Shown: one piece after another, positions 1 through 9,197 of the stretch
Position numbering within the stretch: the stretch's first letter is position 1
Layout: every line of letters starts with the position of its first letter
Source: an uncultured delta proteobacterium
GTDB lineage: Bacteria > Desulfobacterota > Syntrophia > Syntrophales > UBA2185
Direction: 5' to 3'
NCBI GenBank assembly: GCA_963729715.1
Contig: CAVSPA010000004.1
Location: 544,001-608,000 of the forward strand
DNA: 64,000 nt
The notes under the pieces: generated by a model
The model's input: only the letters and a program-made list of their open reading frames with translations
The model's database searches: none
Told to the model about the DNA's origin: nothing
Translations under genes and position numbers: made by a program

Positions 1-609
1 CATCCTCCAGGCATACATATCACCATTAAGAAAAAAATCCCTGTGGCAGCAGGACTGGGCGGGGGTAGTTCAAATGCAGCGACGGCACTCATGACCATAA
101 ACGATTTAATGGATTTTCATTATACCATCGATGATCTGATGAAAATCGGGGCAAAACTCGGCGCAGATGTCCCTTTTTTTATCTTTGGAAAGACGGCTTG
201 GGCATCCGGTATCGGTGATCAGCTTCAAGCTGCCGAAAATATTCCTCCATTATGGCTTGTCCTGATTAACCCCGGGTTTGAAATCTCCACAAAAATGGTT
301 TATGAACACCTTAATTTAAGATTGACAAAACGCGTGGTAAATTATAAATGTCCAGTGCTTCATACTGCTGATGACATAGTAAAAGGACTTCACAACGATC
401 TTGAGACGGTCACTCTGGTCCTGCATCCCATTCTGCGGTATTTTAAGAACATTTTAGTGCAAAATGGCGCTCTTGGCGCGCTAATGTCCGGCAGCGGCCC
501 GACGGTTATGGGGATTTTCGCAGATGAACAAGGCGCGATTACAGCAGAGAAGGCTTTGGAGAACGGAGGAGGGAGTGAATGGTCAGTATTCGCGGTTCAT
601 TCCATATGA
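1..609 (+). CDS. ispE: 4-diphosphocytidyl-2-C-methyl-D-erythritol kinase (5' end outside the window)
   Basis: Frame is open from base 1 (HPPGIHITIKKKIPVAAGLGGGSSNAA, GHMP kinase motif). Also has GADVPFF and LMSGSGPT. Canonical ispE-tRNA-Gln-prs order. Confidence 0.96.
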   Translation, partial: HPPGIHITIKKKIPVAAGLGGGSSNAATALMTINDLMDFHYTIDDLMKIGAKLGADVPFFIFGKTAWASGIGDQLQAAENIPPLWLVLINPGFEISTKMVYEHLNLRLTKRVVNYKCPVLHTADDIVKGLHNDLETVTLVLHPILRYFKNILVQNGALGALMSGSGPTVMGIFADEQGAITAEKALENGGGSEWSVFAVHSI

Positions 610-673
610 CGCGCGTTTCGTCATTCCCGCCGTTGTGAGCCTCGTATTCCTCTGCTGCTACGTCAGTTAATAA

Positions 674-748
674 TGGGGCGTCGTCAAGCGGTAAGACACA
701 AGATTTTGGTTCTTGCATACGGAGGTTCGAATCCTCCCGCCCCAGCCA
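674..748 (+). tRNA. tRNA-Gln (anticodon TTG)
   Basis: Acceptor stem TGGGGCG/CGCCCCA, anticodon arm CAAGA-TTTTGGT-TCTTG, T arm GGAGG-TTCGAAT-CCTCC, encoded CCA end. Confidence 0.97.
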
Positions 749-779
749 CATATAATAACTTTTTTTTGAAGGGATTTAC

Positions 780-1721
780 ATGCTTGATAGAATGAGAATT
801 TTCTCCGGGAATGCGAATTTGCCTCTCGCCCAGAAGGTTTGTGAAAACCTGGGAGTATCGCTGGGCAAGGCCAGCGTAACAACATTCAGTGACGGTGAGA
901 CAAGGGTGGAAATAAATGAAAACGTGCGTGGTATGGACACTTTTATTATTCAATCGACCTGTCCACCCGTCAATAGCACCTGCATGGAACTCCTCATCAT
1001 GATAGATGCAATGAAGAGGGCTTCTGCAGACCGCATAACTGCTGTAATACCATACTATGGTTATGCGAGACAGGATAGAAAGGTGGCACCGCGGGCGCCG
1101 ATTTCAGCAAAGCTTGTGGCAGACCTTATCACGGCAGCAGGCGCCTCTCGTGTTCTTTCGATAGACCTCCATGCCGGCCAGATCCAAGGTTTTTTTAATA
1201 TCCCCGTTGACAATCTCTTCGCCACCCCCGTACTCTTGGATTACATCAGAAGAAACTATCAGGGCAATATCGTCATCGTATCTCCCGATACGGGCGGCGT
1301 GGAGCGGGCGAGGGCGTTCGGCAAGCGGTTGGACGTCAATATTGCCATCGTGGACAAGAGGCGGGAAGGTCCCAACGAGTCGGCGGTCATGAATATCATC
1401 GGCGACGTGAAAGGTGCACGGGTCATTGTGCTTGATGATATGATCGATACAGCGGGCACGATAACGCAGGCAGCCCGAGCACTCGAAGGTGCGGGGGCCG
1501 TGGAGGTTTCCGTATGCTGTACCCATCCCGTCCTTTCCGGACCTGCAATAGAAAGGATCGAGAGTTCAACCCTTAAGGAGATTATCGTCACTGACACCAT
1601 TCCCCTGCACGACAGGGCTAAGGCTTGCAATCGCATCAAAGTGCTCTCTGTCGCAGGACTAATAAGTGAAGCAGTCAGACGCATCTATTATAACGATTCA
1701 GTACATTCGCTTTTCATATAG
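780..1721 (+). CDS. prs: Ribose-phosphate pyrophosphokinase
   Basis: Motifs FSDGE, PYYGYARQDRK, DLHAGQIQGFF and PRPP-binding VLDDMIDTAGT. Confidence 0.98.
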   Translation: MLDRMRIFSGNANLPLAQKVCENLGVSLGKASVTTFSDGETRVEINENVRGMDTFIIQSTCPPVNSTCMELLIMIDAMKRASADRITAVIPYYGYARQDRKVAPRAPISAKLVADLITAAGASRVLSIDLHAGQIQGFFNIPVDNLFATPVLLDYIRRNYQGNIVIVSPDTGGVERARAFGKRLDVNIAIVDKRREGPNESAVMNIIGDVKGARVIVLDDMIDTAGTITQAARALEGAGAVEVSVCCTHPVLSGPAIERIESSTLKEIIVTDTIPLHDRAKACNRIKVLSVAGLISEAVRRIYYNDSVHSLFI

Positions 1722-1730
1722 GAGGAGTAG

Positions 1731-2372
1731 ATGGAAATAAGTGAATTAAGAGCTAGTCGAAGGAAGACTTCCGGAAAAGGGGTTTCCCGACGACTTAGAA
1801 AAGACGGTATGACACCGGCAGTATTTTACGGCCCCAAGACTGAACCTGTCCTGCTCGCGGTGAATTCTACTGATTTGAAGAAGATATTAAAAGGCAAGGA
1901 GGAAAACATTTTCATAAACCTGCAGATAGGCGACGGCGGAGATATGGAAAAGTTCACCCTCATTAAGGAACTGCAGATAGATCCTGTCAGCCGGAAATTC
2001 CTTCACGTTGACTTTTGCGAAATTGATATGGAACGCGCTATTACCCTCGACGTACCCATTCATTTCAAGGGACAGGCGATAGGCATCGACAACGGGGGAG
2101 ATCTGCATCATATAAGAAGAGAAATAAAAGTATCCTGCCTCTTCACTGTTCTGCCCGAATTTGTAGAGGCCGATATAAGTGGTCTTGACATCGGCGATTC
2201 GATAAAGGTGCAAGATATAAAATTGCCCGCTGGCGTAAATGTCCTTGATCCGCAAGATACGATAATAGCATCGGTCACGGCACCGAAAGCTGTCGTGAAA
2301 GCTGAGACGGTAGAAGAAGAACAAGAAGAAATAGTAGTAGAAACGCCGGAAGAAGAAGAAAAAGGCAAGTAG
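1731..2372 (+). CDS. rplY: 50S ribosomal protein bL25 (long Ctc form)
   Basis: GKGVSRRLRKDGMTPAVFYG, LHVDF, acidic C-terminal tail, SD GGAGGAG; lies between prs and pth. Confidence 0.95.
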   Translation: MEISELRASRRKTSGKGVSRRLRKDGMTPAVFYGPKTEPVLLAVNSTDLKKILKGKEENIFINLQIGDGGDMEKFTLIKELQIDPVSRKFLHVDFCEIDMERAITLDVPIHFKGQAIGIDNGGDLHHIRREIKVSCLFTVLPEFVEADISGLDIGDSIKVQDIKLPAGVNVLDPQDTIIASVTAPKAVVKAETVEEEQEEIVVETPEEEEKGK

Positions 2373-2514
2373 GCACTGAAGCTTTCCGCTTGCAATGCGG
2401 GACGTCCTCGGCAAAGACAATATTCTCAGCTTCGACCTCTGCCTACAGAGCCGCGTTTGCGGGTTGTACTCCTGGTCAAGTGTAAGACTTCTATCCCCAC
2501 TTAGAGGTGACTGT

Positions 2515-3120
2515 TTGAAGCTTATAATAGGGCTGGGAAATCCGGGTCTCAAGTACCAGATCACCAGGCACAACTGTGGATTCTTGGCCGTTGATGAAAT
2601 AGCTGCCGGCCACAACATTCCCGTGCAATTGAAAGGTTTTGACGCCTGTTATGGAAAAGGCAAGATTGATGACATTCCGATCCTGCTCGTCAAGCCCATG
2701 ACCTTCATGAATATCAGCGGCTCTGCAGTAAAGAAGATCGTAGATTACTTCAAAATTGACATACACGACATCATCGTCATTCATGACGACATAGATCTCT
2801 CCTTCGGCACAATCCGCTTGAAGGCAGGTGGCGGTCACGCCGGCCATAAAGGACTAATCTCCATAATAGACAACCTCGTCAATCCGGAATTCATCAGGGT
2901 AAGAATCGGCATCGGAAGACCTTTTGATAAATTAACGGTTGAGAGATATGTCCTAGAACAGTTTGCCGAGGATGATATGAAACTGCTGCACGAAGTCATG
3001 AAAACCGTAAGCAATGCAGTGACAATGATTGCCACATCCGGAATTCAGGCGGCCATGAATCTTTACAATGAGAAACCTGCCAGTCAATTGGGGAATGAGA
3101 ACGATGCGGTGTTATCTTGA
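2515..3120 (+). CDS. pth: Peptidyl-tRNA hydrolase (likely TTG start at 2515)
   Basis: LIIGLGNPG, TRHNCGF, KPMTFMN, HDDID, GGHAGHKG. SD GAGGTG precedes TTG at 2515. Confidence 0.95.
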   Translation: MKLIIGLGNPGLKYQITRHNCGFLAVDEIAAGHNIPVQLKGFDACYGKGKIDDIPILLVKPMTFMNISGSAVKKIVDYFKIDIHDIIVIHDDIDLSFGTIRLKAGGGHAGHKGLISIIDNLVNPEFIRVRIGIGRPFDKLTVERYVLEQFAEDDMKLLHEVMKTVSNAVTMIATSGIQAAMNLYNEKPASQLGNENDAVLS

Positions 3121-3195
3121 TCCATCCCCATACAAATAACAACGATTGAAGAATCAAAGTCATAGAAGAACAGTGGCCTGATAAAGGAGGAAACT

Positions 3196-4290
3196 GTGGG
3201 CTTCAAGTGCGGTATTATCGGGCTTCCGAATGTCGGGAAATCCACAATATTCAACGCCCTGACGGCCGCAGGAGCCGAAGTGGCCAATTATCCTTTCTGC
3301 ACCATCGACCCTAATATAGGGATTGTGCAAGTCCCGGATCAGAGGCTGCAAAGAATTGCTGAAATTGTCAGACCTCCCAAAGTCACTCCAGCCGCCATGG
3401 AATTCCTTGACATCGCGGGGCTCGTCAAAGGCGCAAGCAAAGGAGAAGGTCTCGGTAACAAGTTCTTGGGCCATATCAGGGAAGTCGATGCTATTGTGCA
3501 CATTGTCCGATGCTTCGATCATCCCTCTGTCGTCCACATCTATGGCCCCGTCGATCCTGAACGTGACATAGAGATAATAAATACAGAATTGATTATAGCC
3601 GATCTGGAGACCGTCGAAAAAAGAATTGCAAAGATCGATAGGCTTGCAAAAACAGGAGACAAGGCCGCTCGTAAAGAGTTAGATACGTGTCTCCGTATCA
3701 AGGACGTTCTCGTAACGGGAACCGCTGCACGTGAGATACCCTTCCAGGAAGATGAGCAGATGATCGTGCGAGATCTTCACCTGCTCACAGCAAAGAAAGT
3801 CCTGTATGTTGCTAATGTCAGTGAGGCTGCTCTCAAGGGTGCTACCGACTGTATCCTGAAGGTGGAATCGATTGCACGAAAGGAAGACTCAAATGCAATC
3901 GTCATCTGCGGGGATTTGGAAGCGGACATAGCAGAACTTCCTAAGGACGAGCAACAGGTATTTCTCAATGCTCTTGGCATAGAGGAGTTGGGCCTTAATA
4001 AGCTCATTCGTGCAGGGTACTCTCTCTTGGGATTGATAACGTTTTACACAACGGTCGGTCCGGAGCTCCGGGCTTGGACCGTGCCCCGCGGTTCCAAAGC
4101 GCCAGAAGCCGCGGGAAAGATACACAGTGATATGGAGGCGGGGTTCATAAAAGCGGATATAATACATCACGACGATTTTCTCAGAATGGGGAGCCTGTCT
4201 AGAGCGAAGGAAGCAGGACTAATCAGAATTGAAGGAAGAGATTATATAATAGCCGATGGCGATATTGCTTACTTCAGATTTCATGTTTGA
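3196..4290 (+). CDS. ychF: Redox-regulated ATPase YchF
   Basis: [41 protein letters not shown]-terminal TGS domain. Confidence 0.98.
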   Translation: MGFKCGIIGLPNVGKSTIFNALTAAGAEVANYPFCTIDPNIGIVQVPDQRLQRIAEIVRPPKVTPAAMEFLDIAGLVKGASKGEGLGNKFLGHIREVDAIVHIVRCFDHPSVVHIYGPVDPERDIEIINTELIIADLETVEKRIAKIDRLAKTGDKAARKELDTCLRIKDVLVTGTAAREIPFQEDEQMIVRDLHLLTAKKVLYVANVSEAALKGATDCILKVESIARKEDSNAIVICGDLEADIAELPKDEQQVFLNALGIEELGLNKLIRAGYSLLGLITFYTTVGPELRAWTVPRGSKAPEAAGKIHSDMEAGFIKADIIHHDDFLRMGSLSRAKEAGLIRIEGRDYIIADGDIAYFRFHV

Positions 4291-4412
4291 AAGCAATCGC
4301 CCATTCGAGGAAAGGCTCTTTATAGGGAAGAGACGGCTGAAAAGACGGATATAGGCGAATCATCCATTATGACATGAATGTTTGACCCTTCATCACCCAT
4401 CTGTACGGCGGA

Positions 4413-4451
4413 TCGGTGGATGGCAAAGGAGGGAAGGAAACCATCCACCGA
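4413..4451. other. Perfect 11-bp inverted repeat with a 17-nt loop (hairpin; possible terminator or sRNA domain)
   Basis: TCGGTGGATGG (4413-4423) pairs with CCATCCACCGA (4441-4451); loop CAAAGGAGGGAAGGAAA. Confidence 0.7.
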
Positions 4452-4485
4452 CTCAAAGTAAGAGAATTTCACAACGCAATGAGAA

Positions 4486-4722
4486 CTAATCTTCGTGGTA
4501 AAAAAAATCAGGAAGGAAAAATGTTTTGCTTTGATCTCTATCGTCTTCCCTTTTTACAGCCTCCCTCGGATCAACTCCATTTGGCAATTCCTCTTTAGCC
4601 CTGGCGTCCTCAGTGATGAAAAACTCATACTCAGTACCGAATTCACCAAGCTCTGATCCCGAGCCTGAGACGTTATCTTTCTAATTTGTATCTTTCTCTT
4701 TGCGTTTTTCCTCCTTTTTCAT
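4486..4722 (-). other. Candidate small acidic ORF (78 codons plus stop) interrupted by an in-frame TAG at codon 14; alternatively part of a non-coding transcript
   Basis: Manual translation: MKKEEKRKEKDTN*KDNVSGSGSELGEFGTEYEFFITEDARAKEELPNGVDPREAVKREDDRDQSKTFFLPDFFYHED*. Lies just downstream of a sigma54 promoter motif. No SD before the ATG. Confidence 0.4.
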
Positions 4723-4853
4723 TGAATATATATCTATTTATAATAAATTTTCGTGAGACCTCTGAGATCTACCTTTCATGTTTGCTCTATCGGCTATTAT
4801 TCCTAAAGGTTTCTTACGCTCTCGAGAGGTCTCTTCAAGTTGTATTTTACTTC

Positions 4854-4869
4854 TGCAAAATTGTTGCCA
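4854..4869 (-). promoter_or_regulatory. Sigma54 (RpoN) -24/-12 promoter
   Basis: Minus strand TGGCAACAATTTTGCA has exact GG-N10-GC spacing. An IHF site, palindromic UAS and an adjacent bEBP gene support it. Confidence 0.8.
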
Positions 4870-4941
4870 CTTTAATACTACCGTCAATCGGTATCTGCGA
4901 ATTTAGAGCAGAGAAATCGCAATGAGAGTATAAGTTCCGTA

Positions 4942-4954
4942 AATCAATAATTTA
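4942..4954 (+). promoter_or_regulatory. IHF binding site
   Basis: AATCAATAATTTA matches WATCAANNNNTTR and sits between the UAS pair and the sigma54 promoter. Confidence 0.65.
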
Positions 4955-5041
4955 CAAACCATCGCGAAGGTTACTTTCCATCTGAAACGAAGCGATTATT
5001 CTGAAACGGGCAGATTTGACTTGATGCCTTGAGGGATTATT

Positions 5042-5127
5042 TGTGCGATGAGGGCACAATATATTTGCCCGTCGGTTAACTAATTCTGAAATATCGCATG
5101 CTTTGATAATTGTGCGTGGACCGCACA
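5042..5127. promoter_or_regulatory. Two palindromic upstream activator sequences, TGTGC-N7-GCACA
   Basis: TGTGCGATGAGGGCACA (5042-5058) and TGTGCGTGGACCGCACA (5111-5127), 69 bp apart and about 170-260 bp upstream of the sigma54 promoter. Confidence 0.65.
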
Positions 5128-5158
5128 TATTGTGCTATAATGGCGTAATATCTCTTTG

Positions 5159-7306
5159 TCAATTGATATGCTTATCAATTTTCTTTCGTTCCCTGATGAA
5201 TTTGTAACGGGAAATGCTTAAATGCTTGGCCGCGGCAGTCTTGTTGCCCCCGCTTATTTCGAGAGCATTTTCAAGGATTCTTTCTTTAATGTCACCCATA
5301 ATTTTCTGCGTCACCGAGGTGTAATCTATTTCACCGGACGAGAGAGTGGGAAGAAACTTTTCAATCTCAACTTTGAGATATTTATAATTGGGAACAACCT
5401 TTATTTCTGTGGGAAGATCCTCCGGCGAAAGAGCGCTACCGAATTTCTGCAGTATCATGACCCGTTCAATTATGTTTTTCAACTCCCTTACATTCCCTGG
5501 CCAAGTATAGGCCTTCAAAATAAGCTCTGCCTCTTTACTGAACCCTCTAACTTTCTTGCCGAACTTCCTATTGAATTCTTCTATATAGTGCCTTGCCAAG
5601 AGAAGTATATCATCCGGCCTCTCACGGAGTGGTGGGATAACAATAGGAACCACTCTTATTCTGTAAAAAAGATCTTCGCGAAACGAGCCTTCACTGACCA
5701 TCTTGACAAGATCCATATTCGTTGAAAAAATGAACCTCACATCGATGGGTATATTTTCCGTTCCGCCAAGCCGCCTCACATAGCCGTTTTCCAGCATCCG
5801 CAGAAATTTTACCTGTAGTTGGATGCTCATATTTCCAACTTCATCAAGCAGTAGCGTGCCTCCATTGGCATATTCGAGAAGACCTATTTTCCTCTTGCGT
5901 GCATCGGTAAAGGCCCCCGGCTCATATCCAAATAGCTCACTTTCCAACAGCGTCCCCGGAATAGCAGCGCAATTAACGTCAACAAAGGGCCGAGAAGACC
6001 TGTTGCTCTGCCTGTGAATGGCGCGGGCAATCAATTCCTTGCCGGTACCGCTTTCACCCTGAATTAATATGTTTGTATTATGTGACGCCACTTCCTCAAT
6101 CACATGGAAAATACCGATCATCTTCTTTGATTTGCCGAGAATATTATGAAACCCGAGCAGAATATCTTCCCTCTCCTTCAGCTTTTCAACTTCCGTCTTG
6201 AGGGACTCTGCTTCGAGCGAAAGCATGGAATGCATAATGACGTTGTCATATGAGGTAACCGCGTTCTTAACGAGTATATCCAGGATATTTATTTGATCCT
6301 GCGAGTAGCTGCCTGTCCGCTTTGCAAGATACAGCGCTCCTTTAAACTTGTCTTTAATATGAAGCGGAAACGCTATTTCCGACGCGAACCCATCGTAAAC
6401 GGGCAGGGTTGGTGACTTTTCATCAGATTCACGCCTGACGATAATATTATTAGTGTCCATTGCCTGATTAATGATGCTCCTGCCTATCATCCCATCATAA
6501 GCCCTCCTATCCTCGATGAAGACATTGCCGCCGTCAGTGACGAGACACCGATCCTTTTCGATGTCCAGGAAATATACGAGAACCCTGTCGGCGCTCGCAA
6601 TTCGGAGCGCACTCTTGTTGAGAATGTCGAGTATGCGATTATCGAGGACACGACTTAAATTTATCTCCGAGACGGCTTCCTGAAGAATCATCAACTGACG
6701 GATTTTCTCCGCATTCGTCTCAAAGAGCCTTGTGTTGTGGATAACAATGCTCATCTGACTGGCAAATGTCAAAAAGAGGCTGATTTCCTCGGTGAAAAAT
6801 TTTGTTTCCTCTTTGCACCATGCCGCTATTGTTCCAATGACATCATCGCCTATCCTGAGGGGTACACATACAATGGAACCTTTACTGAGAATCTTCGTCA
6901 GCAAACGGTCAGTTTCCGTGATTCTCGGATCCGTAGCCGCGTCCTCGATGGCAATGACCTGGCCTGATCTTGCCACCTTGGTCGACAGACAGTCATGTTC
7001 GTAGATATTCAGGGCTACGGAAAATGCTCTCTCCGTCTCTTCAGGGCTGTAATTCTTTACGACCTTCGTTTCCAGATACTGTTTTGTCTCATCAAGAAGC
7101 CTGATTATCCCCATGTCGAAACCCATGGTATCGACAACTTCATCCAAAATTCTGGCCAGTATTTCATCCACATTGGAGGGAGCTGTAAGAAAAGTACTTA
7201 TGCGAAAAATACTCTTCAGCAATTTATCCTTGTCAAGCAGAGGTGGATTGGATGCTTCGTTGCGGAAATCTTCATCATCATTTATTCTTGCCATTGTTAA
7301 AATCAT
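5159..7306 (-). CDS. Sigma54-dependent enhancer-binding protein with two N-terminal GAF-like domains, AAA+ domain and Fis-type HTH
   Basis: Walker A GESGTGKE, ESELFG-x-EPGAFTDA, Walker B LLLDEV, FREDLFYR, WPGNVRELKN, HTH GNKTAAAKHLSISR. GAF-like segments around GSIVCVPLRIGDDVIG and SEIAFPLHIKDKFKGALYL. Confidence 0.93.
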   Translation of the reverse strand: MILTMARINDDEDFRNEASNPPLLDKDKLLKSIFRISTFLTAPSNVDEILARILDEVVDTMGFDMGIIRLLDETKQYLETKVVKNYSPEETERAFSVALNIYEHDCLSTKVARSGQVIAIEDAATDPRITETDRLLTKILSKGSIVCVPLRIGDDVIGTIAAWCKEETKFFTEEISLFLTFASQMSIVIHNTRLFETNAEKIRQLMILQEAVSEINLSRVLDNRILDILNKSALRIASADRVLVYFLDIEKDRCLVTDGGNVFIEDRRAYDGMIGRSIINQAMDTNNIIVRRESDEKSPTLPVYDGFASEIAFPLHIKDKFKGALYLAKRTGSYSQDQINILDILVKNAVTSYDNVIMHSMLSLEAESLKTEVEKLKEREDILLGFHNILGKSKKMIGIFHVIEEVASHNTNILIQGESGTGKELIARAIHRQSNRSSRPFVDVNCAAIPGTLLESELFGYEPGAFTDARKRKIGLLEYANGGTLLLDEVGNMSIQLQVKFLRMLENGYVRRLGGTENIPIDVRFIFSTNMDLVKMVSEGSFREDLFYRIRVVPIVIPPLRERPDDILLLARHYIEEFNRKFGKKVRGFSKEAELILKAYTWPGNVRELKNIIERVMILQKFGSALSPEDLPTEIKVVPNYKYLKVEIEKFLPTLSSGEIDYTSVTQKIMGDIKERILENALEISGGNKTAAAKHLSISRYKFIRERKKIDKHIN

Positions 7307-7321
7307 TCCCTTTCAGAACAA

Positions 7322-7831
7322 TTATGCCTCGTGCAACATGATGCTCAGGGCTGTCGTAAGCTTTACTGTGTCTTCGTCTGCTCTTCTCAATCTCGCACTC
7401 ACAATCCGCCCTAGATTCAACAGGATGCGATAACCAAGTTCATGGTCCTCTTCAGCAACCTTCAAGAAGTCATCCTTCCTCATTTCATACATGACGCAAT
7501 CCGTAACTGCACGTACCGAGGCGGTTCTTCTCAGTTCCTCAAGGAGCGCCATCTCCCCAAAGACGGCGCGCTGTTTGCCGTCCAGTCTCGTAAACACCTT
7601 GTTCTTCCCTGACTCCTCATCGTCTGCGTCCTCTATGACAAGACTCTTTACGATCTCTACGGTACCCTCCAGAATAATATACATCGTGTCTCCGATTTCG
7701 CCCTCTCTCATGATGATCTCATCGGCCGAAAAGGTAACCTTACGCAGGATACCCGCAATTCTTTGGATTTTTTCCGGAGCCAGGTTTTTAAAGAGGGCAA
7801 TATCCTTCAATGCAGCAATATCCTTATCCAT
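7322..7831 (-). CDS. Stand-alone cyclic nucleotide-binding domain protein
   Basis: IMREGEIGDTMYIILEGTVEI and phosphate-binding cassette FGEMALLEELRRTASVRA; no Crp HTH. Confidence 0.9.
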   Translation of the reverse strand: MDKDIAALKDIALFKNLAPEKIQRIAGILRKVTFSADEIIMREGEIGDTMYIILEGTVEIVKSLVIEDADDEESGKNKVFTRLDGKQRAVFGEMALLEELRRTASVRAVTDCVMYEMRKDDFLKVAEEDHELGYRILLNLGRIVSARLRRADEDTVKLTTALSIMLHEA

Positions 7832-7939
7832 CAGTTATCCCCCAAAGCACAGCCTCTAACTTTTTTGCAGCATTCACTAAATTCCAGAAACTATCGGGAC
7901 TTTCCATATGAGACGCATAAAAGATCCTTTCTCATCACT

Positions 7940-9109
7940 TCATCTGACCGGCATTACCCTTGAAAGTATCACGGCAAATTGTCCGTCTTTTATGATATAT
8001 CCATCGTCAGGATTTAAGATATATTGCGTCTCCTCCTTTTTATAAAAAAAATCTTTTTTTGATTCCTTTATTTTATCCTTAATAAAGGTATCAATAATGG
8101 ATGTATCATCCGATAAAATATCCGCCAGCTTCATTGCCTTCTTTTCCGTCAAGAGGCCTATCAGGATAGCGTGCTGCTTTTCCCTGTAAAATGACGATAA
8201 TTCTTTAAATGTGTTGCCGACAAAACTTCGGGGAATTTCTGCTCTCCATAATTTGTTGGTGTCGCCTATAGACAGCATGCTCGAAAATATTTTAGGGAGA
8301 CCCGGGGAATTAATCGCACTGGCGAGCAGCGAACCTACATGTTCACCCCTGATAACGATTTCATCAACATTTGCCCGTTTTAAATGCTGCTTGTTTTCAC
8401 CGTCAAGAAGCTCGGCAACAGTCTTAACGTTGGGTGCTATAGACTTGATTGTCAAGGCGGCAAGGGTTGTTCTTTCATCAATCCGCTCATGCGGATGGCT
8501 TCCCGATGTGTCTGCCATAATTAAGGCAAAGGCAGCCTTCGTTATATTAGCCCTGGAAAGGACATCTTCATGGACGTAATTACCCCTGAGAAATTTAAGG
8601 TTGTATTTGTCATACTTGAGCTTGAGGGAATCGACATCGTCAACCGGAAGTTCATTTATTAGGATGATTGGCGTGTCTTCCATGGAGCGGTACGTCGTCA
8701 GCACCTGGAGAACTTCTTCCGTATGCTGATTCCAGCCGCATAGAACAATGTGGTCTTTCTCCTTGACAGTTTCCAAACCTTTTCCCTCCTTAATCTTCCG
8801 TTCGACAAATATGGAGGCGATGGTTGCCGTGAAAAGAGACATCAATCCCACACCTGCAAAGATGAGTATCAACCCGACCGCTCTTCCACCCGCCGTTATG
8901 GGATATATGTCACCATAACCGACAGTGCCCATGGTTACCACAGCCCACCAAATTCCATCCCACAAAGACCGAATGGTGGATTCTTCCCCGGTACGTTCAA
9001 AATAATAAACGCTGGTTGCGCTGATAAAGATAACACTCAGGATGACAGTGGCGATCTGAACAAAGCGCTCCCTGTATAATCTTTTCATGAACTTTAAGAC
9101 CATCGCCAT
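7940..9109 (-). CDS. Potassium channel, 2TM pore plus RCK (TrkA-N) domain
   Basis: Pore helix and filter WWAVVTMGTVGYGD flanked by TM helices; RCK start HIVLCGW. Confidence 0.92.
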   Translation of the reverse strand: MAMVLKFMKRLYRERFVQIATVILSVIFISATSVYYFERTGEESTIRSLWDGIWWAVVTMGTVGYGDIYPITAGGRAVGLILIFAGVGLMSLFTATIASIFVERKIKEGKGLETVKEKDHIVLCGWNQHTEEVLQVLTTYRSMEDTPIILINELPVDDVDSLKLKYDKYNLKFLRGNYVHEDVLSRANITKAAFALIMADTSGSHPHERIDERTTLAALTIKSIAPNVKTVAELLDGENKQHLKRANVDEIVIRGEHVGSLLASAINSPGLPKIFSSMLSIGDTNKLWRAEIPRSFVGNTFKELSSFYREKQHAILIGLLTEKKAMKLADILSDDTSIIDTFIKDKIKESKKDFFYKKEETQYILNPDDGYIIKDGQFAVILSRVMPVR

Positions 9110-9197
9110 ATTTTGCTCAGATAACTACGATGCACCCGGTCAGCTTCGTTTGCTCTCGGTATGCAATAGTCGACGATTTCATCCATGGATAATTAAA

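Noticed and set aside
2395..2514. N-terminal extension of pth in the ORF track (similar extensions on recN, clpA, znuB, rluB, tetR, DUF4922)
   Set aside because: Family homology and SD position favour downstream starts; the extensions are longest-ORF artefacts.
4416..4925. Plus-strand ORFs 4416-4598 and 4686-4925
   Set aside because: No recognisable motifs, weak starts, and they run antisense to the sigma54 promoter and across its elements.
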